A stretch of DNA of 51,868 nucleotides, from positions 1 through 51,868 of the forward strand of contig JBGAGQ010000046.1 in the NCBI GenBank assembly GCA_044226625.1. The letters are read 5' to 3'. How positions within the stretch are numbered: the stretch's first letter is position 1; every line of letters begins with the position of its first letter. Made by a program: the position numbers and the translations under genes. This document shows positions 20,342 through 30,221 of the stretch, in pieces. The notes under the pieces are model-generated. The model made no database searches. It saw nothing but the letters and a program-made list of their open reading frames with translations, and had not been told where the DNA came from. This DNA is from Thermoanaerobaculia bacterium (GTDB lineage Bacteria > Acidobacteriota > Thermoanaerobaculia > Multivoradales > UBA5704).

Positions 20342-21151
20342 TCAAACCGTTCGCTTCTTCCGGGAGAACAGCCCGGTCGCTTCCGCCGTTTTCACCGCGC
20401 CGAAGCGGCGGTCGCGGGTCTGGTAGTCGAGGATCGCCTCGTACAGATCGGCGCGGCGGAAATCAGGCCAGAGGGTCTCGGTCACCCAGATCTCGGTGTA
20501 GGCGATCTGCCAGAGCAGGAAATTGCTCACCCGCAGCTCGCCCGAGGTGCGAATCAGCAGATCCGGGTCGGCCTGGCCGGAGGTGTAGAGATAACGGCCG
20601 ATCGTCTCCTCGTCGATGTCCGCCCGCTTACCGGCAGCCCAATCGGCGACGATGCTCCGGCAAGCGTCGACGATCTCGCTCCGCCCCGAATAGTTGAGCG
20701 CGATGTTGAACCGTGTGCCGGTGCACCCTGAGGTCGCATCCAATGCGCGTTCGAGCTCGCGCACGACGGACGGGTCGAGATCCCGCCAGCGCCCCAGCAC
20801 GTGGAGGCGGATGTCGTTCTGGACGAGCGTCTCGGTCTCCTTCCGAACGTACTCTTTGAGCAGGTTCATCAGGGTCCAGACCTCGAACCGTGGCCGCTTC
20901 CAGTTTTCGACCGAGAAGGCGTAGAGCGTGATCGCTTCGAGCTCCAGCCGCGCCGCGGTCTCTACCGCGACCCGCACCGACTCGACCCCCGCCCGATGCC
21001 CTTCCACCCGGGGCTGACCCCGCCGCTCGGCCCATCGGCCGTTGCCGTCCATGATGATCGCGACGTGCCGGGGCAGGCGGGAGAGGTCCAGCCGGCGCAC
21101 CAACATCTCTTCAGGGGAGCCCGGCTCCGCGAGCTTGGCGAGATCGATCAT
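20342..21151 (-). CDS. uppS: Undecaprenyl diphosphate synthase
   Basis: HVAIIMDGNGRWA, GHRAG, YAFSVENWKRP, NYSGRSEI, DLLIRTSGELRVSNFLLWQ, RDRRFG. Start ATG 21151. Confidence 0.96.
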   Translation of the reverse strand: MIDLAKLAEPGSPEEMLVRRLDLSRLPRHVAIIMDGNGRWAERRGQPRVEGHRAGVESVRVAVETAARLELEAITLYAFSVENWKRPRFEVWTLMNLLKEYVRKETETLVQNDIRLHVLGRWRDLDPSVVRELERALDATSGCTGTRFNIALNYSGRSEIVDACRSIVADWAAGKRADIDEETIGRYLYTSGQADPDLLIRTSGELRVSNFLLWQIAYTEIWVTETLWPDFRRADLYEAILDYQTRDRRFGAVKTAEATGLFSRKKRTV

Positions 21152-21246
21152 GGCGAAGGCGCCTAAAGGTAGCACAGGCGCCGGGCGTTCCGGCCGGCTT
21201 GGCCGGTGCTCCGCCGATGTCCCAAAGGGGGGCGGACGCTACGGTT

Positions 21247-21310
21247 ACGGCGGTCGAGGAGGGCGGGGAGGAGATCCTACAGCTCCCCCGCCGCCTCCTG
21301 GATCCACCGT
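21247..21310. repeat. Long imperfect inverted repeat (terminator or REP-like hairpin) between DUF885 and uppS
   Basis: ACGGCGGTCGAGGAGGGCGGGGAGGAG...CTCCCCCGCCGCCTCCTGGATCCACCGT folds into a stem of roughly 25 bp with bulges. Confidence 0.55.
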
Positions 21311-21320
21311 CGAAACAGCG

Positions 21321-23123
21321 CTATTTCGCGGCTGACTCTTCGGCCGGCATCTGCGCCTTCATCCAGCCGTCCACTCGCTCGGCGAGAAGGTCGAGCGGCA
21401 GGGCGCCGCCGTTCAGGATCTCGTCGTGAAACGCCTTGAGGTCGAAGCGAGCGCCCAGCTTGGCCTTGGCGGCTTCCCGCAGCTCGCGGATCTTCAGCTG
21501 ACCCATCTTGTAGGCGAGCGCCTGGCCCGGCCAGGCGATGTAGCGATCGGTCTCGGTCTGCGCGAGGACGTCGTTGACGTCGTTCTCGTGCATGTAGGCG
21601 ATCACCTGGTCGCGGGTCCAACCCTTGTGGTGGATGCCGGTGTCGACCACCAACCGCACCGCCCGGAACAGCTCGGAATTCAGCCGGCCGTAATCGGAAA
21701 CCGGATCTTTGTACAGGCCGACCTCCTTGCCCAGCTCTTCGGAATAGAGCGCCCAGCCTTCCGAATAAGCCGACAGACCGCCTCCGCCGCCCAGGGTGCG
21801 GAATTTCGGCAGACCTTGGAGCGTCTGCGCGATGCTGATCTGCATGTGATGCCCCGGCACGCCCTCGTGGTAGGCGACCGCTTCGTCGTTGACCAGCGTA
21901 CGGTGGGTCGGATCGGAGACGGCGACCACCACCCGCCCCGCGCGCTTGCCGTCCCGGGTGCCGGGGACGTAATGGGTGGCCGTCGCTTTGTCGAAGTCGG
22001 GGATCGCCTCGACCGTCACCGGTGATTTCGGCAGCAGACCGAAGAGCTCCGGCAGTTTGGTTTGCATCTCGTCGATGTGCTTCTTGAAATCGGCGACGAT
22101 CTGATCTTCGCTTTTCGGCTGCCACTTCGCGTCGGAATTGATCGCCGCGCGGAAGGACGCGAGGTCCTTGTAACCTTGCGCCTGCGCGAGCTTCGTCATC
22201 TCCGCGGTGATCCGCGCCACTTCCTTCAAACCGATCTCGTGTACGGCGTCCGGAGTGATGTCGAGCGTCGTCATCGCCTTGACCGCCTCGGCGTAGCGGC
22301 GCTTGCCGTCCGGCAGGCTCTCGACGGAGAGCACGGTCCGGCCCTTCGGCGCGTACTCTTCGCGCAGAAAGGTCGCGAGCTTACGGTAGGCGGGGAGCAC
22401 TTCTTCGTCGGAGACCTTCTTCATCGCGGCCGAGAGGCGCTTCTTGTCGTCCTCGGAAAAGCTCGGCGGGAACTTCTGGAGCGGCAAGAGGAACGGATTC
22501 GCGGCGACGATCCCCTCGCATTGTCCCGGCAGCTGGTCGACCACGAGCTTCGGCGGCATCAGGCCGTCCTTCATGCCGGCACGGAGCACGTCGACCGTCT
22601 GCTCGAGGACGCGCGGGATCTGATGGAGTCGGGCGATGTAGTCCTCGTAATGGCCGACCGTGTCGAGCGGAACGGTGAGGGGCAGGTCCGCGAGCGAGGT
22701 ATGGGTGCCGCCCTGCTGGTTGAGCGGCATCTCGAACGTCTTGAGCTCGTAGAAAACGCGCGACCGGCGCAGCTGGAGCTCCAGAATCTGATGCGACATC
22801 CGGTCGGTCTCCGACATGCCGTCGGTCGGAATCGCGACCAGCCGAGCGAGGAACGCCTCGTTCTCCTCGTGTTGGCGCTCGACTCGAGCGAGCGAAGCGT
22901 CGCTTAGCAGGGCGTTGTAACGGTAGTCGCCGATCAAGGTCGCCCGCTCGGGCGAGTTCTTGAGGCCGTTCTCGAAATACTCGTCGAACAGAGCGTTCTG
23001 CTGGGCGACGCGCTCGGCGACCGAAGCGTTCCCCTGATCGGCTCCCGAAGCGGCGCCTCCGGCGAGCACCATCACGGCGAAGAGCGCGAGGATGCCGTAC
23101 GGCGAAACGATTCGCATTTTCAT
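21321..23123 (-). CDS. DUF885 family secreted protein (predicted metallopeptidase)
   Basis: Signal peptide, SPERAT, LPDGKRRY, YHEGVPGHHMQI, AYSEGWALYSE, RAVRLVVDTGIH, PGQALAYKMGQLKI, FHDEIL..GALPL. Confidence 0.9.
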   Translation of the reverse strand: MKMRIVSPYGILALFAVMVLAGGAASGADQGNASVAERVAQQNALFDEYFENGLKNSPERATLIGDYRYNALLSDASLARVERQHEENEAFLARLVAIPTDGMSETDRMSHQILELQLRRSRVFYELKTFEMPLNQQGGTHTSLADLPLTVPLDTVGHYEDYIARLHQIPRVLEQTVDVLRAGMKDGLMPPKLVVDQLPGQCEGIVAANPFLLPLQKFPPSFSEDDKKRLSAAMKKVSDEEVLPAYRKLATFLREEYAPKGRTVLSVESLPDGKRRYAEAVKAMTTLDITPDAVHEIGLKEVARITAEMTKLAQAQGYKDLASFRAAINSDAKWQPKSEDQIVADFKKHIDEMQTKLPELFGLLPKSPVTVEAIPDFDKATATHYVPGTRDGKRAGRVVVAVSDPTHRTLVNDEAVAYHEGVPGHHMQISIAQTLQGLPKFRTLGGGGGLSAYSEGWALYSEELGKEVGLYKDPVSDYGRLNSELFRAVRLVVDTGIHHKGWTRDQVIAYMHENDVNDVLAQTETDRYIAWPGQALAYKMGQLKIRELREAAKAKLGARFDLKAFHDEILNGGALPLDLLAERVDGWMKAQMPAEESAAK

Positions 23124-23160
23124 GGACGGTTTTATCCTTTCTGAAAGTGGAGGACGGACC

Positions 23161-24753
23161 TCAGTGCGCCATCGGCGCCTCGCCGCCCTTCTTCGGCGCT
23201 TTCATCAGGAAGACGAGAGGCGCGACGAGCAGGAAGGACCCGGCGAGAATGCGGAAGACGTCGACGAACGAGAGCATCGCGGCGTGGCGCTGGACCAACC
23301 CGACGGCGCCCGCCGCCGCGCGCTGTCCGGCCGTGACGGGATCGGCGCCGGCGGCAAGAAAAGATCGCTTGAGCCCGTCCAGGAAGGCGGTCGTTCGGGG
23401 CTCGAACGGATCGAAATGGGCGCCCAGCGCGGCGAAGTGAACCTGCTGCCTGCGGGCGAGCAGAGTGGTCGCCGTCGCGATCCCGACCGAGCCGCCGATG
23501 TTCCGCATCAGGTTGAAGATGCTGGTCGCGTTGCCCATCTTTTCGCGAGCGATCGGGCTCATCGCCGCCGCGGTGAGCGGTACGAAAAGGAGACCGAGCG
23601 AGATTCCCTGGATGAACTGGGGCCAGAAGATGTCCCAGTACCCCGCGTCCAGGCTCAGCGTGCTGTGCCAGTAGAGGGTGAACGCGGCGAGGTAGAACCC
23701 CGCGAGGAGCAGGCGCTTTGCGCCCACGCGATTCAGGATCAGGCCCACGATCGGCATAGCGAGAAACGAGCCGATGCCGCGCGGAGCCATCGCGAAACCG
23801 GCCTGGTACGCCGGATAGCGGAGAAGGCCCTGGAGGAAAATCGGCACCATGACGAGCGAGCCGTAAAGGCCGAAGCCCATCACGGTCATTAGGAGCACGC
23901 CGGTCGCGTAGGTGCGGTTCTTCAAGGCCGTCAGATCGACGATCGGCGCCGAGGTCAGAAGCTCCCGGATCACGAAAGCGACCAGGCCGACGACGGCCAA
24001 GACGGCGAGCGTGGTGATCAGATTGGAGGAGAACCAATCGTCCTCCTGCCCCTTGTCGAGGACGATCTGGAGCGCGCCGACGCCGAGCGCGAGCAACCCG
24101 AGCCCCCAGTAGTCGACCTTCTCTTTCGCCTTCCGGAGATACGACGGGTCGTGCAGGTAGAGCTGGATCATCGCGAGCGCCAGGAGACCGATCGGCACGT
24201 TGATGTAGAAGACCCATCGCCAGGAGGTGTTGTCGGTCAACCAGCCGCCAAGCACCGGGCCGATGATCGGCGCGACCACGATGCCCAATCCCCAGAACGC
24301 CATCGCCTTGCCGCGCGACTCCGGCGGAAACGTCTCAAGCAGCACCGCCTGCGAAAGCGGCTGCAGACAGCCACCGGTCAGCCCCTGGATGACCCGGAAG
24401 AGGATCAGCAGAGGAAGCGTCGGAGCGAGACCGCAAAGAAAGGAAGAGATGGTGAAACCGGCAACCGAGAGGAGAAGGAGGCGCTTCCGGCCGAATCGTC
24501 CCGCGAGCCAGCCGGTCATGGGCAGGACGATCGCGTTCGCGACGAGATACGAGGTGAGGGCCCACGTAGCCTCGTCGACCGACGACGAGAGGCTGCCGGC
24601 GATGTGCGGCAGCGACACGTTCACCACCGTCGTGTCGAGCACCTCCATGAACGTCGCGAGCATCACGGAAATCGCGACGATCCAGGGGTTGATCGTCGGT
24701 AGCGCCTGGGGGGCGGGCGCTCCTTCGACGGCGAGAGCGGGGCTCGGCTCCAT
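23161..24753 (-). CDS. emrB: DHA2 (EmrB/QacA) MFS efflux permease
   Basis: MLATFMEVLDTTVVNVSLPHIAGSL, WALTSYL, RFGRKR, GPVLGGWLTD, WVFYINVP, FNLMRNIGGSVG. Confidence 0.93.
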   Translation of the reverse strand: MEPSPALAVEGAPAPQALPTINPWIVAISVMLATFMEVLDTTVVNVSLPHIAGSLSSSVDEATWALTSYLVANAIVLPMTGWLAGRFGRKRLLLLSVAGFTISSFLCGLAPTLPLLILFRVIQGLTGGCLQPLSQAVLLETFPPESRGKAMAFWGLGIVVAPIIGPVLGGWLTDNTSWRWVFYINVPIGLLALAMIQLYLHDPSYLRKAKEKVDYWGLGLLALGVGALQIVLDKGQEDDWFSSNLITTLAVLAVVGLVAFVIRELLTSAPIVDLTALKNRTYATGVLLMTVMGFGLYGSLVMVPIFLQGLLRYPAYQAGFAMAPRGIGSFLAMPIVGLILNRVGAKRLLLAGFYLAAFTLYWHSTLSLDAGYWDIFWPQFIQGISLGLLFVPLTAAAMSPIAREKMGNATSIFNLMRNIGGSVGIATATTLLARRQQVHFAALGAHFDPFEPRTTAFLDGLKRSFLAAGADPVTAGQRAAAGAVGLVQRHAAMLSFVDVFRILAGSFLLVAPLVFLMKAPKKGGEAPMAH

Positions 24754-24759
24754 GCGGGC

Positions 24760-25947
24760 CTACCGGACGAAGACCGTCGGTACCGCCGACATGCCCGGTC
24801 GCAAGCGCGGCTCGTCGCCTTTGCCGGGCGCCGCGCCCGCCGCGGGGCGGTCGATCGCGATCTTCACCGGAATGCGTTGGACCACCTTGACGAAGTTGCC
24901 GGTCGCGTTTTCGGGGGGCAGCAAGCTGAATCGGGCTCCCGTGGCGGCGGCGATCGATTCGACGCGGCCGGGCCAGGTACGGCCGCCATAAGCATCGACC
25001 TCGATCTCCACCCGCTGTCCCACTCGAACCTTGGCGAGCTGGCTCTCCTTGAAATTCGCCACCACCCAGACGTCGTCGAGCGAGACCAGCGCGAGCAGCG
25101 GCTGGCCCGGCGCGATCACCTGTCCCGGCTCGATCGATTTCCGCGTCACGACGCCGTCGACCGGCGCCTTGATCGAGCAGTATTCGAGGTCGAGCTCGGC
25201 TTTGCGCAAGGCGCTCTTCGCCTGAGCGATCCGGGCGTCGGTCGAATCCGCTCGGGCGCTCGCGATCTCGACCTGTTGCGGCGCGGTCCGGGCATCGGCG
25301 ACCGCGGCGCGCGCCGCGTCGATGCCTTTCTCGGCTTCGAGGACGGCGGCCTCCGCGGCGGTCCGCGCGGCTTTCGCCGCCGCGGCCGCTGCCACCGCGG
25401 CATCGTATTCGCGACGGGCGATCTCGTCCTTGGCGATCAAGGTCTGCGCCCGATCGAGGTCTTGCTCGGCCCGGACGGCGTTGGCTTTCGCCTCTTCGAG
25501 CCGCGCCCGCGCCGAGGCGAGCCGAGCTTCCGCTCCGGCCAGCTGGCTCGCGGTCATCGACAGCCGGCTCGTCGACGAGGCCGACGCGACCGGAACGTTC
25601 GAGTGGGCGCCGCGCGCGTTCGCCTCGGCCTCCGCGAGGTCCGCCTGCGCCTTGGACAGCGCGATCTCGTAGTCGCGCGGATCGATCTGTACCAGGAGCG
25701 TCCCCGCCTTCACATTCTCGTTCTCTCGCACGAGGATCCTGGCGATCGTGCCGCCGACGCGGGCGGCGATCGGGCTCGCATCGCCTTCGACCTGGGCGTC
25801 GTCGGTCGAGACGCGACCGGCGAGATGCCACCAGGCCCAAACGCCGCCGGCCAACGCGGCGACGAGGGCGATCGTCCCCACCAGGGCGACGCGGGAACGG
25901 TTCAATCGCCGGCCGTTGCCGGCGGATGGAGATGCGGTGTCGCTCAT
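24760..25947 (-). CDS. emrA: EmrA/HlyD membrane fusion protein
   Basis: STDDAQV, VGGTI, IDPRDY, IKAPVDG, WVVANFKESQL, GARFSLLPPENATGNFVKVVQRIPVKI, LRPGMS. Confidence 0.93.
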   Translation of the reverse strand: MSDTASPSAGNGRRLNRSRVALVGTIALVAALAGGVWAWWHLAGRVSTDDAQVEGDASPIAARVGGTIARILVRENENVKAGTLLVQIDPRDYEIALSKAQADLAEAEANARGAHSNVPVASASSTSRLSMTASQLAGAEARLASARARLEEAKANAVRAEQDLDRAQTLIAKDEIARREYDAAVAAAAAAKAARTAAEAAVLEAEKGIDAARAAVADARTAPQQVEIASARADSTDARIAQAKSALRKAELDLEYCSIKAPVDGVVTRKSIEPGQVIAPGQPLLALVSLDDVWVVANFKESQLAKVRVGQRVEIEVDAYGGRTWPGRVESIAAATGARFSLLPPENATGNFVKVVQRIPVKIAIDRPAAGAAPGKGDEPRLRPGMSAVPTVFVR

Positions 25948-27371
25948 GGCGCGGATTCCCCTCGCAAGTACTTGAGATAGGCCGGCTCGGCCACGCCCAG
26001 GGCGAGGGCGAGCGCCGCTTTCGCGGCATTGTGGTCGTAGAGGCTCGAGATGTATCCGTCTTCGGACGTCGCCACGGCCTCCTGGGCCTGCACCACCTCG
26101 ATGCTGCCGGCGGCTCCCGCCGAGAAGCGGTCTTTCGCCTGGGTGAGCGCCTGCTCGGCGAGATCCCGCGTCGCCTCGGCGACATGGACGCGCTCGCTGG
26201 ACGCTTCGAGGTCGAGCAGCGCCGTGCGCACTTCGAAATCGGCGCGCGAGGAGAGATCCGCGAGCTCCGCTTCCCGCTGCCCGAGCACCGCCTCTGCGTC
26301 GGCGGCTTTCGCTTCGACGCGTCCTCCTTCGAAGATTGGCACCCGAAGCGCCAGCGTGTAGTTGAACGTATGGTTCAAGTTGCCGGTGTTGTTGCCGATC
26401 TCGCCGTAGTCGGCCGAGCCGACGAGCGAGGGGAGGCGCTCGCCCCGGATCGCCCGGAGGGTCTCCTTCGCCGCCTCGACTTTCGCCGTCGCTGCTTTGA
26501 GGTCGGCGCGGGTCGCGAGCGCGGTTTGGAGCGCTTCGGCGAGCGGGACCGGCCGCAGCTCGGCATAGGGCACCCGGTCGACCAGCTCGATCTCCTGGCC
26601 GGGCGGCAGCCCGATCGCGCGCCCGAGCGTCAGCTTCTGTTTGGCGAGGTCGTTCTTCGCCGCGATCAACCGCTGCTCTTGCGCCCGAAGCTGGACCTGC
26701 GAGCGGAGGGCGTCGATCCCTGCGACGTAGCCCGCGGTGTGCCGATCCTCGGCGAGCTGGAAGATCGATCGGGCCGCCTCGACCTGTGCTTCGACCGCGG
26801 CCACCCGGGTCTCGGACGCCACCGCCTGGAGGTAGAGATTCCCGCAGACCAGGACGACCAGACCGCGCGCATCTTGATAGGTCTGGCGCGCCGCCTCGAG
26901 CGTCGAGGAGGCGGCCCGCCTTTTTTCGAGCAGGCTCCAGTCGAAGAGGGTCTGCCGAATCTTGGCGCGCGCGTCGAGGACCTGGAACGGCCCGATGATC
27001 GTCGGCGAGCCGGGGAAGCTGAAGCCGAACGCCGCGAGCGAGAGCGTCTGGCGCGCGAAGTAGCTGTCGGCCGAAATCTGCGGCAGGAGGTCGGCGACCA
27101 CCTTGTCGCGCGCGGCTTCCGCGGCCTCGACGCTCCGCTCCGCAAGGAGCGCGCCCAAGTTGTGGTCCAGCCCCCGCGCGACCGCCTCGGCCAAGGTAAG
27201 GCGAAGCGGATTCGGATCGGCTTTCGCGTCGGGGACGCCGCCGAGAAATGCGGGAGGGAGCGTCCTTCCGGTCTGCGCGTGGGCGACGCTCGAGGTCGCG
27301 CCGAAAACCAAGAGGGCTCCGACGAGAGCCGCTCCTGGCGCTCTCCGGGAAGCTCGTGACGGCGATTTCAT
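25944..27371 (-). CDS. TolC-family outer membrane efflux protein
   Basis: Signal peptide, LTLAEAVARGLDHN, two OEP-like helical repeats (RADLKAA; LRVPIFEGG; AKDRFSAGAAGSIEVVQAQ). ATGA overlaps with both neighbours. Confidence 0.9.
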   Translation of the reverse strand: MKSPSRASRRAPGAALVGALLVFGATSSVAHAQTGRTLPPAFLGGVPDAKADPNPLRLTLAEAVARGLDHNLGALLAERSVEAAEAARDKVVADLLPQISADSYFARQTLSLAAFGFSFPGSPTIIGPFQVLDARAKIRQTLFDWSLLEKRRAASSTLEAARQTYQDARGLVVLVCGNLYLQAVASETRVAAVEAQVEAARSIFQLAEDRHTAGYVAGIDALRSQVQLRAQEQRLIAAKNDLAKQKLTLGRAIGLPPGQEIELVDRVPYAELRPVPLAEALQTALATRADLKAATAKVEAAKETLRAIRGERLPSLVGSADYGEIGNNTGNLNHTFNYTLALRVPIFEGGRVEAKAADAEAVLGQREAELADLSSRADFEVRTALLDLEASSERVHVAEATRDLAEQALTQAKDRFSAGAAGSIEVVQAQEAVATSEDGYISSLYDHNAAKAALALALGVAEPAYLKYLRGESAP

Positions 27372-27994
27372 GGTGCGGAGATCCCTTTCCAGACGAGGTC
27401 GACGAGGAGCTCGACTTCGTGCTCGATCGAACCTTCGGTCCAGCCGACCAAGCGCTGGGTGACCGCGCCGCGGGTGAGGTTGGCGATCGCGAAGGCCACC
27501 GCCCGTGACGGAAGCTGGCGGGCGTCTCCCCGCTCGCTCCCCTCGCGCAGGGCGTGTTCGAGCAGCGCCACCTGGTCGAGGTAGATCTGCTCGAATCGGC
27601 GATCCGGCGTCGCGTGCTGGGTCACCATGTTGCCCAACTCGGCGAAGTAGATCTTGAAGAAGTCCCGGTGCTCCTCGCAGTACCGGAGCTTGGTCTCGAC
27701 GTAAGCGCGGAGCTTGGCCAGGAGGGTGTCGGCGGCGAGCACGTTTTCTTGTGTCTTCGCGGCCAGGGCCGACAGCCCTTCCCGGAGCGCAGCGAAGTAG
27801 ATGTCGCGCTTGGACGGGTAGTAGAGGTAGATCGTTCCCTTGGCCACCCCGGCGGCCTGCGCGATCTCATCGACCGAAGCGCCGGCGAAGCCCTTCTCGG
27901 CGAAGACCTTCCGAGCCGCGACGAGGATCTCGCCATGACGAAACTCGGCGAGCACGTCCCTCTTCGTTCGGCGCTGTGGGTTCTCGGTAATCAT
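27368..27994 (-). CDS. TetR/AcrR family transcriptional regulator
   Basis: EILVAARKVFAEKGFAGASVDEIAQAAGVAKGTIYLYYPSKRDI HTH; first gene of the efflux operon. Confidence 0.95.
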   Translation of the reverse strand: MITENPQRRTKRDVLAEFRHGEILVAARKVFAEKGFAGASVDEIAQAAGVAKGTIYLYYPSKRDIYFAALREGLSALAAKTQENVLAADTLLAKLRAYVETKLRYCEEHRDFFKIYFAELGNMVTQHATPDRRFEQIYLDQVALLEHALREGSERGDARQLPSRAVAFAIANLTRGAVTQRLVGWTEGSIEHEVELLVDLVWKGISAP

Positions 27995-27996
27995 TT

Positions 27997-28030
27997 TGAC
28001 GGACCAGTCACTCGACTGACCAGTCAGTCA
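27997..28030. promoter_or_regulatory. Putative TetR operator(s)
   Basis: Perfect inverted repeat GACTGAC-CA-GTCAGTC (28014-28029) and a related TGACGGACCAGTCA (27997-28010), lying between the promoter and the tetR ATG. Confidence 0.75.
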
Positions 28031-28058
28031 TTAGACCGGTTCGCGCGTGGATTGTCAA
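28030..28058 (-). promoter_or_regulatory. Sigma70 promoter of the tetR-tolC-emrA-emrB operon
   Basis: Minus strand TTGACA-N17-TCTAAT. Confidence 0.75.
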
Positions 28059-28211
28059 GGCGTGAAGGAGTTTGGGTCGAGGGTCGGCCTGACCGGCCCG
28101 ACCGCGCTTCGTCGCCTTTTTCTTGCGGAAGCGCGCCGGACCTCGCTACGCTCGGCGGGCTCGGCCGACTCGAAAGACCGCGAATCACATCGCCTCCGGG
28201 AGCAAACCTCC

Positions 28212-30185
28212 ATGCGCCGAATTCTCCTCCCCCTCCTCGCCTGTTCGGTCGTCTCATCCGCCGCCCTCGCCGTCGCGGCTCCCGCCGTCCCGGTGCCTCC
28301 CGCTCTGGTCGCCGACGGAATGCCGGCAGTGCCCGGCGCGCTCGCGGCGGACGTGGCTCGCTATGCGGAGTCGCGTAGCGCGAGCTTTGTCGATTGGCAT
28401 CCCGTGGAGCATCAGGTGCTGGTCGCCACGCGCTTCGGCAACACGGCGCAGATCCATCGTGTAAAGATCCCCGGTGGAGCCCGGACCCAGCTCACGTTCT
28501 CGGCGGAGCCGGTGACTGAGGCGAGCTTTGAGCCGGTCGCGGGCAAATACCTCCTCTTCCTCAAGGATCAAGGGGGGGACGAATTCCGGCAGATCTACCG
28601 CCTCGACCTCGCCGACGGCCGGCAGACGCTGCTTTCCGACGGCGGACGGTCCCAGAACGAAGGACTGGTCTGGAGCAACGCGGGCGATCGCATCGCCTAC
28701 GGCTCGACTCGGAGGAACGGCGCAGACCGCGACCTCTACGTGATGGACCCCCTAAATTCCAAGTCCGACCGCCGGGTATTCGAGGCGAAGGGGGGCGGCT
28801 GGTCGGTCTCCGACTGGGCGCCTGACGACCGGTCGTTGCTCGTCGAAGAGCGGCTTTCGGTGAGCGAGAGCCGCCTCTACACCGTCGATCTCGCGACCGG
28901 AACCAAAACTCGCGTGACACCCGAATCCGCGCGGCCGGTCTCCTGGCGCGATGCCCTGTTCCATCCGGACGGCAAGCACGCTTACGTCCTCACCGACCAG
29001 GGAGACGAGGTTTCCTATCTGGCCCTCCTCGACCTGGCGAGCGGCGAGGTTCGCCGCTTGAGCGCTCGGCGTTCGTTCGACGTGGAGCGGTTCGACCTCT
29101 CTCGGACGGGACAGGCCCTCGCCTTCGCGGTCAACCAGGAGGGGGTGTCCAAGCTCTATCGGTTCGACATGGGCAGCGGTGCCGAACGCGAGGTGGCCGG
29201 TGTACCGGTAGGAGTGATCGGGCGGATGGAGTTCCATCGCGACGGAGGGCAGTTGGCGTTCTCGGTCGGCAGCTCCGCCGCGCCCTCCGATGTCTTCACT
29301 CTCGACCTGGCGACGGGTGCCGTCAGCCGCTGGACCGAAAGCGAGACGGGGGGCGTGGTCCTCTCCCTCCCGGATCCCCAGGTGGTGCGCTGGAAGAGCT
29401 TCGACGGCCGCGAAATCAGCGGCCTGCTCTATCGGCCGGCGCCGCGCTTCGAGGGTAAGCGGCCGGTATTGGTGATGATCCACGGCGGGCCGGAAGCCCA
29501 ATCGCGGCCCAACTTCATGAGCCGTTGGAACTATCTGCTCGACCAGCTCGGCGTCGCGCTCCTCGAGCCGAACGTACGCGGCTCGACCGGTTACGGCAAG
29601 ACGTTCGTCGGCCTGGACAACGGCATGGCGCGCGACGGCGCGGTCGAGGACGTCGGAACGCTGCTCGATTGGATTGGCCGACAAGAGGGTCTCGACGGTT
29701 CGCGGGTCATGGTCTATGGCGGCAGCTACGGCGGCTTCATGTCGCTCGCGACCGCCACGCGCTATTCCGATCGGCTGCGAGGAGCGATCGACATCGTCGG
29801 CATCTCGAACTTCGCGACCTTCCTTACGAATACCGAGGACTACCGCCGCGATCTCAGGCGGGTCGAATACGGAGACGAGCGCGACCCGGCGATGCGCGCC
29901 TACTTCGAGCGCACCGCGCCGCTCGCCAACGCCGGAAAGATCGGCAAGCCGTTGTTCGTCATCCAAGGGGCGAACGACCCACGCGTGCCGCGCGGCGAGG
30001 CGGAGCAAATCGTCTCGGCGGTAAGGAAGAACGGCGTTCCGGTCTGGTATCTGCTCGGAACGAACGAAGGCCACGGGTTCGCGAAGAAGGAGAATCAGGA
30101 CTACCAGTTCGTCGCCATGGTCGAATTCATGAAGCGGTATCTACTGCCCGAAGGCGAATCGAGCGCCAAGACGGCCGCGCCTTGA
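28212..30185 (+). CDS. Secreted S9 family (prolyl oligopeptidase/DAP-like) serine peptidase
   Basis: Signal peptide MRRILLPLLAC..., beta-propeller repeats, IHGGPEAQ, PNVRGSTGYG, nucleophile GGSYGG, QGANDPRVP (Asp), EGHGF (His). Start ATG 28212. Confidence 0.92.
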   Translation: MRRILLPLLACSVVSSAALAVAAPAVPVPPALVADGMPAVPGALAADVARYAESRSASFVDWHPVEHQVLVATRFGNTAQIHRVKIPGGARTQLTFSAEPVTEASFEPVAGKYLLFLKDQGGDEFRQIYRLDLADGRQTLLSDGGRSQNEGLVWSNAGDRIAYGSTRRNGADRDLYVMDPLNSKSDRRVFEAKGGGWSVSDWAPDDRSLLVEERLSVSESRLYTVDLATGTKTRVTPESARPVSWRDALFHPDGKHAYVLTDQGDEVSYLALLDLASGEVRRLSARRSFDVERFDLSRTGQALAFAVNQEGVSKLYRFDMGSGAEREVAGVPVGVIGRMEFHRDGGQLAFSVGSSAAPSDVFTLDLATGAVSRWTESETGGVVLSLPDPQVVRWKSFDGREISGLLYRPAPRFEGKRPVLVMIHGGPEAQSRPNFMSRWNYLLDQLGVALLEPNVRGSTGYGKTFVGLDNGMARDGAVEDVGTLLDWIGRQEGLDGSRVMVYGGSYGGFMSLATATRYSDRLRGAIDIVGISNFATFLTNTEDYRRDLRRVEYGDERDPAMRAYFERTAPLANAGKIGKPLFVIQGANDPRVPRGEAEQIVSAVRKNGVPVWYLLGTNEGHGFAKKENQDYQFVAMVEFMKRYLLPEGESSAKTAAP

Positions 30186-30221
30186 CGCTCGGCGAACACC
30201 CGACACGAAGGAGGAACGGCC

